Shown here: piece by piece, positions 46,138-55,954 of the stretch
Layout: each line of letters begins with the position of its first letter
Numbering within the stretch: the stretch's first letter is position 1
Source: Bacillota bacterium
GTDB taxonomy: Bacteria; Bacillota; Clostridia; TANB77; UBA1234
Length of the DNA stretch: 64,000 bases
Direction of reading: 5' to 3'
Assembly (NCBI GenBank): GCA_016280725.1
Contig: JAEEHF010000049.1
Location: 5,542-69,541 of the forward strand
Translations under genes and position numbers: made by a program
Notes under the pieces: model-generated
What the model saw: the letters and a program-made list of their open reading frames with translations, nothing else
Told to the model about the DNA's origin: nothing
Databases searched by the model: none

Positions 46138-46893
46138 TTATGGTTCAAAATATTTTCCATTTAGCTTAAACGGCATCTCAAATGATAGTTCTCCTGCCTG
46201 ATACGGTGCCACTAGGCCCGCTTCAAAATAGATATATAATTTCCCTTCATTTAGATAAAACTTTTGACTATTTGAAATTTCATAAAGTCCAGCCCCATTT
46301 AAAAGTGAAATTCCTGCTGCTTCAGCTTGTTTGTTAATCTCGTCAACTATCCTTCTTTTAAAGTTAGCAAAGACATCTATTTCACATAAATCTTTAATTG
46401 ATATTATTTTGTTTGTTTCAAGATCTATCGTGTACATATCTTTCCATTTATTGGAACGAAGTCCACCTGTATCATAATCTTGACTAATAATAAGTGAAAC
46501 ATATGGATTAGTATCATATCTGTTGTAATTAACGTTATATGAATAATTCTTAGTCGAAAAATCAGCACTTTGAGTATCTATATCAGTAAGACCTTCTGAA
46601 ACAATGTCAATTTCTTTAATATATGGCTCTATAGACTTATTGATTTCTGCATTTATTGCATATTGTGCTTCTTTATCTTCAAGGTTTGAAAACTCTGGCC
46701 TATAAATTTCACAGTTGAAGTTTTTCCCACTTATCTTATATTCAGAAGTTCTAACCTCTGTTTTTTCTACAAGCGTTCTTGTATCAATAACTGTAGGAAT
46801 TGGTGTTGTCTCGTTTTCACCATCTCCCGGATCACATGCAGTAATACTAAAAGCTATCAATGCCAGAATTGCAATTATACCTATTTTTTTCAT
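46138..46893 (-). CDS. Lipoprotein, DUF4163/DUF3298-like (RsiV ectodomain-like) fold suspected
   Basis: Lipobox FSITAC. The length and C-terminal pattern (FYLNEGKLYIYF...YQAGELSFEMPF) resemble DUF3298 proteins. Confidence 0.55.
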   Translation of the reverse strand: MKKIGIIAILALIAFSITACDPGDGENETTPIPTVIDTRTLVEKTEVRTSEYKISGKNFNCEIYRPEFSNLEDKEAQYAINAEINKSIEPYIKEIDIVSEGLTDIDTQSADFSTKNYSYNVNYNRYDTNPYVSLIISQDYDTGGLRSNKWKDMYTIDLETNKIISIKDLCEIDVFANFKRRIVDEINKQAEAAGISLLNGAGLYEISNSQKFYLNEGKLYIYFEAGLVAPYQAGELSFEMPFKLNGKYFEP

Positions 46894-46951
46894 ATGAATA
46901 CCTCCACAAGAAATCCTAAATAGCTCAAGTAAAATTATATATCATATATGA

Positions 46952-48262
46952 TTATTTTTCTACATCAACATCTTTATCTTTGCTTTCAGCTAAATATTTT
47001 CTTCCGATTCCTAGTTTTTCAAGTGACAAAAGTGGAACAGCAAGAATCATTGAAATAGCAATTGCTAAAAATCTAACTATTTCTACAACAAACACTTCTG
47101 AATTTAATATCTCAATTTCATTAAATTTGTTTGATAATAATAGCAAATGGTTTGGTATGTATAGCGCAAATAATGCTGCAGCAAGCATAACGATATTTGA
47201 TAATAAAATGTCTTTGCATAATTCGATTCTTTCCTCAAAATTCTGTGCACTTTCTCTTTCCATCTTCTTCACTGCCAAGCACACCGTATTTGTAATAAAA
47301 GCACTCGAAATAACCAGTGTAATTATATTAAACAATGCCTGATAGTTAATTGGGTTTAATACCAAGCTCTCCGATATAGCTGCAATTTCAAATGTAACAC
47401 CAACTGTTCTTGAAATGAAACTTACAAACCATAGTAAAACAAAGCAAATAGCAGTCACTATAGCTGAAACCATCATTGCCTTCAAGGCAATCTTTTTTCT
47501 TCCAAAGTGCGCTAATGCAATGCTTGCAATTAAAAGGAATATAAATGGTATTCCTACGTTTAAAATTCCAAGTCCATGAAAAGCAAAATTTGTTAATATA
47601 ATGAAGCAAAATAAACCAATTGAGATAACAATTAAACTTGCATTTAATCCTTTTCTTCCTGCATATATGATCAATAATAGAATACCAATTATTGCTAATA
47701 TATATATAACCGAACTCCTAGAAACCGATGACCATGCATTTGCAAAACTAACAGATACATTTCCATTATCATCCACTTGAGCATTTACAAAAACAGTATC
47801 ACCAACTTTTAGTGGAGCAAAATGTAAATTATCCATTGAGTCTCCGGTTCTCATATACTCTGCATCTACTTCTTTACCTTTAAATTCACCTTCTAGTAGC
47901 TCTAATTTAACTTTTTGAACATAATATCTAGAAACAGAATAATAACTTGATGTATCATATTTAAATTTTGAATTTCCAGCTTCAATTACTTTTGCCTTGG
48001 TTAGAGTTGGTCTTTCATAAGACGCATAATATTCTTTAATATAATTTTGATATTGCTCAAAATATTCTTTCCCAGCAGTGTCTTCTTCACTTTCTGCTGT
48101 ATCCGTTTGGTTTAAAATCAAACCTAAATCATCCAAGTTATCTATAGTAATAACATCATCATTTGTACCTTCTCCACTATTAGCAGCATATGCAACTCCA
48201 AATATGCAAATAAACAATGCTACTAAAGCAATTATCATTTTACTTTTCATAACTTCCTCCAT
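46952..48262 (-). CDS. YibE/F-family membrane protein
   Basis: N-terminal signal/anchor, a soluble domain of about 170 aa, then a GRKGLNA motif and 6-7 TM helices, as in YibE/F proteins. Confidence 0.55.
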   Translation of the reverse strand: MEEVMKSKMIIALVALFICIFGVAYAANSGEGTNDDVITIDNLDDLGLILNQTDTAESEEDTAGKEYFEQYQNYIKEYYASYERPTLTKAKVIEAGNSKFKYDTSSYYSVSRYYVQKVKLELLEGEFKGKEVDAEYMRTGDSMDNLHFAPLKVGDTVFVNAQVDDNGNVSVSFANAWSSVSRSSVIYILAIIGILLLIIYAGRKGLNASLIVISIGLFCFIILTNFAFHGLGILNVGIPFIFLLIASIALAHFGRKKIALKAMMVSAIVTAICFVLLWFVSFISRTVGVTFEIAAISESLVLNPINYQALFNIITLVISSAFITNTVCLAVKKMERESAQNFEERIELCKDILLSNIVMLAAALFALYIPNHLLLLSNKFNEIEILNSEVFVVEIVRFLAIAISMILAVPLLSLEKLGIGRKYLAESKDKDVDVEK

Positions 48263-48353
48263 AAAAATCTAAATTGCTCTAACAAGCCATTTCATTATAC
48301 TTCTTGATATATACTTTTACAATATTAGAATTGTAAACATATTGTGAAAAAGC

Positions 48354-48394
48354 AAAAAAAAGCACTCTCAAAGTTATGTAACTTTAAGAGTGCT
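48354..48394 (-). terminator. Intrinsic terminator after the pilin-like protein gene
   Basis: On the minus strand: AGCACTCTTAAAGTT-acata-ACTTTGAGAGTGCTTTTTTTT. Confidence 0.85.
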
Positions 48395-48398
48395 ATTA

Positions 48399-51083
48399 TT
48401 ATGTATTCTTTGGCACATATTCTAATACTGGTAATGTTTTGTCATAGTATACCGGTCCCTGACCAGTTACTATATCTGCATTTGAATATGTTTTATTACT
48501 GCGTCTTCCGTTTTGACTTACTACGTCTCCTATATAAAGTTGCAACGTTCCCTCAGCAAATGAACTATCAATTATCAACTTGCATGTATAATTTAATCCT
48601 TCAGAAGTAACATTCATGTTAACATCATTGATTCTAACTATCGGGTTTTGTTTTAGAGCCTTATCAGCCTTAAACGTAACTGTTACTTCTCCATTTGTCT
48701 TAACAAATAGGTGTTCATTTGGTACTTTGGAATCTGGTGTAACGTTAAGCATTGTGATTTCTGTAAGTTCAGCTTGGATATCGTCGACATTAAATGAAAA
48801 CTCACTGCATTTATTGCTTGTTGTAGCATTTCCAACAGCATCAACTATTCCACTTTGAATCCACAAATAATATGTTCCTTTTACATTAGGTGGAGTTTCT
48901 ATATCTAAAGAAGTCGACGAAGCTGTTGATGTATTTTTAGTTGTAGTTTCTTTATCAAATGTTGGTGCTTCAGTATTAGAAGTTGACCAAGCATATCTAA
49001 TAAGAGTATTTGGAGCTATTCCAGCTCTCGCTTCAAGTCCTTTTGTATCAGCAATCGTTACCGTTGCAAAATGTTGTGCTGCAGATTCAGAAGGAGTATC
49101 TCCTGTCTTTGAAGCAATTGTTACTTCAGGTGGTGTATTATCTAAATAATTTGTAGTATATGTCACAACAGATGATGTATTACCCCTTGAATCTATAAAT
49201 CTAAACTCTAGCTTCTCATCTTCATGAGTTAATGTTAGTTTTGTTGTAGGAATATTGCTTATATTTATATTTGAACTCCATTCACTATTTGAACTCCATT
49301 CACCATTATCTTGTCTATAGCTTTGTCTATATTGCAAGTAAACATCTGTTAAATCTGTTTTTACTTCTTTAATTCCAACTTCAACTGGTCCTTTGACAAC
49401 GTGTGTAGGCATATTTATTAGTCCTGCAAACTCTGGGAAATCTTTTGTTCTTCCTGTAATCATAGCAGGATTATTAACATTTCCTTCTTTATCATATGCT
49501 CTAACGTAGAATACGTAGTCTTTAGAATTTTCCAAATCAGTGAATGTATTTTCAACAGGACTATTAGGTGCTGAAGGATAAACCTTGTCTTCTATCCATG
49601 CTATTGTTTTAGCAACACTATCATATATTCCAAATTGATAATAATCTACACCTAATTCTTCATCAATTGTATATGCTTCTACTGTAATAGAATTTGTTGT
49701 AGAAGATTTGAATCTAGCATATGTACCATAGTCTTCATCGTTAAAATCTTTTGGTGGATTGCGGTCAACACCTCTTCCACATTTATCACAATAATAATCT
49801 TTATCACTATCGATATGTGCCTCTTTAATAGCTACATCCTTTTGCGAACCATCATCTACTAATATCTTTAGTTTGTTACAAGCGTCTCTATCTTTACAAA
49901 CTCTATAATGTGCGCTTTCTGAATCCGCAAACCAAGTTGTAGATATTCCTGTATGAGGATTTGAAGTAGATAGTTCATCGTGAACAAGTTCTTTTAGACA
50001 TGCTATACAAACAATCTTATGTGTATCTTCAGTAACTGAAATTGGATCTCCAAAATTGTGTTCTGCTTCAATTGAGCTCCATCCGCACTTGCTACATCCT
50101 TGTTGATGGTGTGTATCAGTTATATTTATATAGCCGTCAATTATATGCTCTTCCAATTCAACTTTTAGTCCACATCTTAAACACTCGTGCCAGTGTCTAT
50201 TTGCATTAGCAACCCAAGCTTTTGATGAATCATCCGTGTTTGGCAAAAGCATATCGCCTCTGTTATTAATTTTTTCAATTAGGTCAGGATCCGAAGCTAT
50301 GTCTATATTAGTAATAAATAAATGCCCCTTTGCTAAGTCATCAGGATTTATAAAATTACATCTCTTGCAATAGCCATCCGTTGTACAAGTTGATTCAACA
50401 AATGAGTGTCCCAATGCTTCCTTAACAACATATCCACAGTAAATACATTTTGAAGGTTCTGTACAAGTAACTACTGTAAACTTGTGATTTCCATCAAAGC
50501 TAGCAGGACTTGGGCAAGTACCTCCAGCCATATTAACTGATTTTTCTGCAATTGTGGCTGGCATAGTAACATAGAATGCTTTACCAGAGATATAATCTGC
50601 TAATACTATGTTTACCTTAGTATCGCCTGTTGCAGAATTATATGAAATATTTCTTGTTAATAATTCCTCGGCTCCCGGTGCTCCCAAACTAGCTGCTGAC
50701 TCAGCATCAACCATATACCACATTGCATCTGGACTTTGTAGAACATCTGGAATTCCATCAATATCAGCATCACCAGAAGGGAACTCATCCGGTAATCCTT
50801 CTATCAAACTATATTTGTTTATATTTTCTCCGTCGTACAATACACTTGGCTCTAAATCAAAAACATAACCTTCATAAAAACGTTCAGCTACCCCTGAAGA
50901 CAAATCATTTTGTCTCCTTAAGGCCGCATTTCCGATTGTAAGGCTAAGTGCTTGAGCTTTTGCTTTTCTACCAAGTTCAACATATCTATAGCCGGCTGTG
51001 ATGGCGACACTAAGCAAAATAATAGTAACAACTATGATAATAACAAGTGAAATCATTGAAATACCTTTTTTACTATTATTCAT
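48399..51083 (-). CDS. Large secreted/surface protein with a prepilin-like N-terminus, Cys/His-rich mini-modules, an FN3-like domain and Ig-like C-terminal domains
   Basis: Start at ATG 51083, with a GGAGGT RBS 7 nt upstream. The N-terminus is MNNSKKG-ISMISLVIIIVVTIILLSVAITAGY. About 7 H-x-[FWH]...C-x2-C modules lie between roughly aa 200 and 470. The segment DYYQFGIYD...YVFYVRAYDKEGN is FN3-like. Confidence 0.75.
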   Translation of the reverse strand: MNNSKKGISMISLVIIIVVTIILLSVAITAGYRYVELGRKAKAQALSLTIGNAALRRQNDLSSGVAERFYEGYVFDLEPSVLYDGENINKYSLIEGLPDEFPSGDADIDGIPDVLQSPDAMWYMVDAESAASLGAPGAEELLTRNISYNSATGDTKVNIVLADYISGKAFYVTMPATIAEKSVNMAGGTCPSPASFDGNHKFTVVTCTEPSKCIYCGYVVKEALGHSFVESTCTTDGYCKRCNFINPDDLAKGHLFITNIDIASDPDLIEKINNRGDMLLPNTDDSSKAWVANANRHWHECLRCGLKVELEEHIIDGYINITDTHHQQGCSKCGWSSIEAEHNFGDPISVTEDTHKIVCIACLKELVHDELSTSNPHTGISTTWFADSESAHYRVCKDRDACNKLKILVDDGSQKDVAIKEAHIDSDKDYYCDKCGRGVDRNPPKDFNDEDYGTYARFKSSTTNSITVEAYTIDEELGVDYYQFGIYDSVAKTIAWIEDKVYPSAPNSPVENTFTDLENSKDYVFYVRAYDKEGNVNNPAMITGRTKDFPEFAGLINMPTHVVKGPVEVGIKEVKTDLTDVYLQYRQSYRQDNGEWSSNSEWSSNINISNIPTTKLTLTHEDEKLEFRFIDSRGNTSSVVTYTTNYLDNTPPEVTIASKTGDTPSESAAQHFATVTIADTKGLEARAGIAPNTLIRYAWSTSNTEAPTFDKETTTKNTSTASSTSLDIETPPNVKGTYYLWIQSGIVDAVGNATTSNKCSEFSFNVDDIQAELTEITMLNVTPDSKVPNEHLFVKTNGEVTVTFKADKALKQNPIVRINDVNMNVTSEGLNYTCKLIIDSSFAEGTLQLYIGDVVSQNGRRSNKTYSNADIVTGQGPVYYDKTLPVLEYVPKNT

Positions 51084-51238
51084 CACAATCACCTCCTTAA
51101 CTATAGTCATCATTAATAATCCATGGCATAATATCCCTTTATGTAGTTTACCATATAAAAAAGTAGATTTAAGAGTTGAAACAGTATTGTAAAAAAAACT
51201 TAAATTATCAAGCTTTTCATTGAGCCGATATTAGTAAT

Positions 51239-51267
51239 ATTATACCATTTTTTCTTCATTTTTGCAA
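51239..51267 (-). promoter_or_regulatory. Sigma-A promoter of the pilin-like protein gene
   Basis: On the minus strand: TTGCAA, 17 nt, TATAAT, with an extended -10 TG (aTGgTATAAT). This predicts a leader of about 150 nt. Confidence 0.6.
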
Positions 51268-51310
51268 CAAATACGAACATACGTTTTCCGAGTTTCTTCC
51301 CTATAATTAC

Positions 51311-51340
51311 AAAAAAAAGAACGAGTAACTCGTTCTTTTT
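51311..51340 (-). terminator. Intrinsic terminator after the DUF3006 gene
   Basis: On the minus strand: AAAAAGAACGAG-tta-CTCGTTCTTTTTTTT. Confidence 0.8.
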
Positions 51341-51347
51341 CTATAAT

Positions 51348-51605
51348 TTAAAATCTAATCAGTCTTACCGGCAACGTATGCTCTGATTTTTTAGGGCAAA
51401 TCTTATTTATTATTTCAATATTCCCTTTAGTACCAAGTCTTACCAAAAACCTGTCCCTTTCTTTGACATCATCAGGCATAGCAGACAAATCAATATCGCA
51501 CATTGTCTCGTCGGGCATCTCACACACTGCAAAACGCCCTTCTATTCTATCAACAAATATTTCAAAGGCATTTTGAAGTTTAGATCTTTGACACATAGTA
51601 CTCAC
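51348..51605 (-). CDS. DUF3006-family small protein
   Basis: VDRIEGRFAVCEMPDETMCDIDLSAMPDDVKERDRFLV matches the DUF3006 pattern. The start is either GTG 51605 (overlapping the upstream stop) or ATG 51596. Confidence 0.7.
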   Translation of the reverse strand: MSTMCQRSKLQNAFEIFVDRIEGRFAVCEMPDETMCDIDLSAMPDDVKERDRFLVRLGTKGNIEIINKICPKKSEHTLPVRLIRF

Positions 51606-52732
51606 TTCGCTTCCTTTTCTTCATGCGAAAAGCCTAAGTCAAATGATATTTGTCCATTTTGCACAACCATCTTAATGTCGCCTACATCTTTGGTCATATA
51701 GACGGTCGCACCGTGTCTCTCAAGGCGTTCAATTGGTTCCTCATCTGGCAAACCATAAGAATTACTTTCTGCAACCATAACTATTGCATATTTAGGATTA
51801 ACTAGTGATATAAATACTTCTGAACTTGCTGTCCGACTTCCATGGTGTCCAACTTTTAACACATCCGCCTTCAAACTAAATCCATTCATTCTTGACCATT
51901 GAATAATATCGGCTTCAGATGTTAATCCCGCATCTCCAGTAAGCAATATCCTTACACCTTGAAATTCAACCATCAGAACTATTGAGGAATCATTCGTGTC
52001 ATAATAGCTTGAAGAATTTGGAGCTAAAATTGTAATGCTTGCTTCGCCAAGCCCTATAACATCCCCAACTCTAAAGTAATCTGCCGGATTATAACTAACC
52101 TGCTGACTTTCTGGAACATTGGCATTATATTCTGCTATTTTAGCAAGTATTTCATTTTCCGAAAGATTGGTATGTGCAATAAAATGAGAATTGCTAGTTT
52201 CCAATGCCGAAACAAATCGCTTATAATATCCCGCTTGTTCACCTTCAGGCAGTATATTATTTGCATAAACATTCTCAACATCAAACAAGTTGATTATCTT
52301 ATACATTGATCCCATATGGTCCTCATGAGGATGGGTAGCAATCAAGTAGTTAATTCGCTTTACTCCAAGTCGTTGAAGTTCATGTGACAAATTTATTTTG
52401 TTAGTCACCTTATATGATGTTTCTGCATCACCAGCATTTCCCGTATCAACTAGCATAACCGCCTCGCCTTGCCGAAGCAAAATGCTATCCGCTTGTCCAA
52501 CATCGAAAAAGTATATCTCTAATTTACTATCACTTTGACTATAGTCAATATTTGCCGGTATTGGGTTCGAGCTTTCACTAGTTCCTGTCAGATTTTCATT
52601 TTCAGTAGTGATTAAGGCTTCTGGCAAAAGCCCCAGTTCGTTAAGTCCCCAATATAATAGTAAAAGAACTACTAAACAAGTTATAACTGTCCAAACGAAT
52701 TTTTCGCCCTTAGAAAACCGCTTTCGATTCAT
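51602..52732 (-). CDS. Membrane-anchored MBL-fold hydrolase (ComEC C-terminal-domain-like)
   Basis: N-terminal TM segment, DVGQADSILL, HPHEDHMG (HxHxDH) and GHHGS motifs. It forms the usual pairing with DUF3006. Confidence 0.8.
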   Translation of the reverse strand: MNRKRFSKGEKFVWTVITCLVVLLLLYWGLNELGLLPEALITTENENLTGTSESSNPIPANIDYSQSDSKLEIYFFDVGQADSILLRQGEAVMLVDTGNAGDAETSYKVTNKINLSHELQRLGVKRINYLIATHPHEDHMGSMYKIINLFDVENVYANNILPEGEQAGYYKRFVSALETSNSHFIAHTNLSENEILAKIAEYNANVPESQQVSYNPADYFRVGDVIGLGEASITILAPNSSSYYDTNDSSIVLMVEFQGVRILLTGDAGLTSEADIIQWSRMNGFSLKADVLKVGHHGSRTASSEVFISLVNPKYAIVMVAESNSYGLPDEEPIERLERHGATVYMTKDVGDIKMVVQNGQISFDLGFSHEEKEAK

Positions 52733-52905
52733 GCAAATTCTCCTCTCTTTTATTAGTCAAATTATTGAATAATAACATAAAGATATCTATGTCCCCGTAT
52801 TTTATAACCTCATAACCCCATAGTCAAGTTGACTTGCTATATTTGTTTTATTTGCCTGCATATGATATGATGTTATTATAGAATTATAATAAAAGGAGAC
52901 TTCTA

Positions 52906-54036
52906 ATGGCATTAAAATGTGATAATTGTGGTGGAACGCTGTCGTACAGAGTTAAAACATCTGACCTGTTCTGCCCGCATTGTAAATCAACCTTCAATTT
53001 AAAAGACTTTGATATTTCAAAGGTTAAAACTAATGATTATATATGCAGTTCCTGTGGTGCTGGAGCGATGATTATTGAAGGTGAAGCAAAGCTTGATAGG
53101 TGCCCATACTGTGGAAGCAAATCGTATGTCGAAGGAACTCCAAAAACAAAGTATACTTGCAAAGGAATAGTTCCTTTTAAAATTGATAAAGAAACGGCTT
53201 TCGAAATAGCTAGACAATCTTTAATACAAGAAAATGCATTACCTGAATTTATTTCCGCATTTGAAAGTTCAAAAGCGGATAGCATGTTTATTCCATATTC
53301 ATATCAAGATAGATTCTTTGTTGAAAAAGATCTCTTCGTTGAAAACGAATATCATAATAGAAACACAAAACATAATTCTCTTTTTTCAAACAAATTTGTC
53401 AAAGAAGTTTTAGATGAGATAGCACCCTTTTCAGAACAATCTATAGAACCTTTTAATCCCATCTACTTAGATAATTCTATTGCATACCTAATAACTCAGC
53501 AATTTGTAGATAGTTTTTGTAAAACAAGAAAACCTGAATACTATTTGGTTCCAATTTGGGTTTTTGAAATACCTCAACATAACATACCCTGCCATCTAGT
53601 AGTTAATGGACAGACTGGCGAACTGGCGGGACATTATCTAAAAAATGATCCAAAAGCAATTGAACAAGCAAATAATGAAATAAAGAAAGACGAAAAAAGG
53701 ATTATGAAATATAACAAAAACCTGAGAATAAAATATCCGTGGTTATTTCCATGTATAGTTATTCTCTTTCTCTTATTGGAAATTGCATGTACGTATGGAT
53801 TTATATCTGCTGCAATTAACTCTTCTTCGCACAGCTTAAGTGATATACTTGCATTTGTATTTGGATTGCTTATCATCATACTTCCTTATGTTTTAATGCA
53901 TATATATGAAAAACGCTTTTTTAAGTTAAGTGAAGATGAAAAGAAATGGGCTAGGGATTTTGATTTAGAAGTATATAGAACATCGCTTTATCATGAGTGT
54001 TTATTCTCTAAGATACATACCCGAATAAAACTATAG
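52906..54036 (+). CDS. Hypothetical protein with two N-terminal zinc ribbons and a C-terminal TM hairpin
   Basis: CDNCGG...CPHC and CSSCG...CPYCG pairs. There are two hydrophobic helices near aa 280-330. The RBS is AAAGGAG. Confidence 0.65.
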   Translation: MALKCDNCGGTLSYRVKTSDLFCPHCKSTFNLKDFDISKVKTNDYICSSCGAGAMIIEGEAKLDRCPYCGSKSYVEGTPKTKYTCKGIVPFKIDKETAFEIARQSLIQENALPEFISAFESSKADSMFIPYSYQDRFFVEKDLFVENEYHNRNTKHNSLFSNKFVKEVLDEIAPFSEQSIEPFNPIYLDNSIAYLITQQFVDSFCKTRKPEYYLVPIWVFEIPQHNIPCHLVVNGQTGELAGHYLKNDPKAIEQANNEIKKDEKRIMKYNKNLRIKYPWLFPCIVILFLLLEIACTYGFISAAINSSSHSLSDILAFVFGLLIIILPYVLMHIYEKRFFKLSEDEKKWARDFDLEVYRTSLYHECLFSKIHTRIKL

Positions 54037-54045
54037 ATCAACGTC

Positions 54046-54077
54046 AAAAAAATGCTTGAATAATTCAAGCATTTTTT
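54046..54077. terminator. Bidirectional intrinsic terminator
   Basis: AAAAAAATGCTTGAA-taa-TTCAAGCATTTTTT, between convergent genes. Confidence 0.85.
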
Positions 54078-54085
54078 ATTTGTTA

Positions 54086-55954
54086 TTATTTAGCTATATT
54101 AGGTGAATAAACCGTTCCAGTAAACCACACTTCTCCATTGTCAACATCTCTTATCACAAATAAGAATGGATGATCAAATGTCATAGTATATGTATGGTCT
54201 ATAAGTTCTATCGAACTTTTTTCAATAATAATAGTCGTAACAGCAGCTGCTTTAATTCCTTCTTCTGTAAATTCTATATCTGCTTTATGCTTTGCATCAT
54301 CTACATATAATTTCTCAGAAGAAATTATATTCTGCATCTTAGATAAATTAGAATTTGCCCCAAAAACATCTGTAAGTCCTAGCTTTATTAAGTCATTTTT
54401 AAGATTTAAGTCCGTATTAAATTTAAATTTTGGAATTTTAATAAATGCTTTTGTTTTTCCATCACTATTATATGCAACTTCACTTATTGGCTTTGCCTTG
54501 TTTCGCAATTCGTTTATTTGTGTTATTCTTAGGCTTTTTAGATAATCTGAAAGAGTTTGTTTTTTTGGCATTATCGCTACAAACTCTAATTGCGATTCAT
54601 CATATTTCTTTAATCTTTTTGCAAAAACTTGAACACTATCATCTTCGTAAACGTCAGAATACCATCCAGGTTCAGCAACATTATAACTTCTTTCTTTATT
54701 AATCATTGCTGTATCTGAAACCATATCTACTTCAACCTGAGTTCCATCCTCTTTGTAAAAGATTTCAGGATGTGGCTTTTCCATAGAAGTTTGCCATTTC
54801 ATGTCGATAGCAAGTGCATTTACTAGTATCGCAGTAGCATTTTCAACAGTATTATCATCTAACATGTTTTTTATAATTCCTAATGTCTTATTGGAAATCC
54901 AACTGTTAATGTTATTTGCATTTTTAAACATGTCATTTATTATTTCTGCACCATATTTTTCCTCTAGAAGCGACTTATATGATTCCGCGATTAATTTTGT
55001 ATCAGTTTCTTTGATAAAAAATGCATTTGCAAGAGAAAGATTTTCTGATGATTTATACTTTGCAGGATTATATATTCCTACTAAGCTATCAATTTGTTCT
55101 TTAGTTTTACCATCAGCACCATCAGAAAGCATTTTTAATGCATATTTAATCGAAAGTGGACTATATACCATGTTTTTATTTTTATTTTCGATTCTTATAA
55201 ATTCTGTATCCATATCAATCTTTGATGGCACATAAATTGATGTAGTTGTCGGAGCAGGAGTAATTGGCAATGCAGTTTGCGTAACTACAGGTGTTTCCCT
55301 TGGTAAAACCGTGCCTGTTCCTTTAACCATTCTGTATAGAAGCGTTGCAGCTTGTGCTCTTGTAAGACTACTCTTTGGTGAAAATTCACTTTCAGATAAC
55401 CCATTCATAAATCCTTTTTTATAAACATTGTATACAGCATCAGTATATTTCTCGTCAATAAGATTAGTATCCATAACTTTCATTTCTGAATAAAGCATAT
55501 CTTTTGTATCAGTATTTTTAGAATACTCTAATACAAAACTGTCACTAATCATTTTAGCAGCTTCTTCTCTACTAATTGCTTGTTCTGGAAAGTAGTATAC
55601 ATATCCATCAGATGTCTCTTTAATATATCCACCAAACATTTGCACAGCATTGTACGACCATCTTGACTCATTAACGTCAAAATAGTTTTCAACCCCCGCC
55701 GCCTTCAAATATATACCATTTAAGTCTTTAACATTGTAAATCATCTGTGCAAATTCTTCTCTTGTTACTTGTCTTTCTGGCTTAAATGAACCATCAGGGT
55801 ATCCATTTATAAGTCCATCACGCTTCATTGCAACAATTGTATTATATGCCCAATGTTCACTAGTCAAATCGCTAAAGTTTATAACATCAGCCATGCAAAC
55901 TCCAACAATTGCAAATATTAAAGTAATTGATAATAGTATACAAATCTTTTTCAT
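54086..55954 (-). CDS. SLH-anchored serpin (serine protease inhibitor family)
   Basis: Signal peptide, then SLH repeats (FSDLTSEHWAYNTIVAMKRDGLINGYPDGSFKP ...) and a Pro/Thr linker. A full serpin domain follows, with the inhibitory-type hinge EEGIKAAAVTT and C-terminal FDHPFLFVIRD. ATG 55954 overlaps the upstream stop (ATGA), and the RBS is GGAGGA. Confidence 0.85.
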   Translation of the reverse strand: MKKICILLSITLIFAIVGVCMADVINFSDLTSEHWAYNTIVAMKRDGLINGYPDGSFKPERQVTREEFAQMIYNVKDLNGIYLKAAGVENYFDVNESRWSYNAVQMFGGYIKETSDGYVYYFPEQAISREEAAKMISDSFVLEYSKNTDTKDMLYSEMKVMDTNLIDEKYTDAVYNVYKKGFMNGLSESEFSPKSSLTRAQAATLLYRMVKGTGTVLPRETPVVTQTALPITPAPTTTSIYVPSKIDMDTEFIRIENKNKNMVYSPLSIKYALKMLSDGADGKTKEQIDSLVGIYNPAKYKSSENLSLANAFFIKETDTKLIAESYKSLLEEKYGAEIINDMFKNANNINSWISNKTLGIIKNMLDDNTVENATAILVNALAIDMKWQTSMEKPHPEIFYKEDGTQVEVDMVSDTAMINKERSYNVAEPGWYSDVYEDDSVQVFAKRLKKYDESQLEFVAIMPKKQTLSDYLKSLRITQINELRNKAKPISEVAYNSDGKTKAFIKIPKFKFNTDLNLKNDLIKLGLTDVFGANSNLSKMQNIISSEKLYVDDAKHKADIEFTEEGIKAAAVTTIIIEKSSIELIDHTYTMTFDHPFLFVIRDVDNGEVWFTGTVYSPNIAK

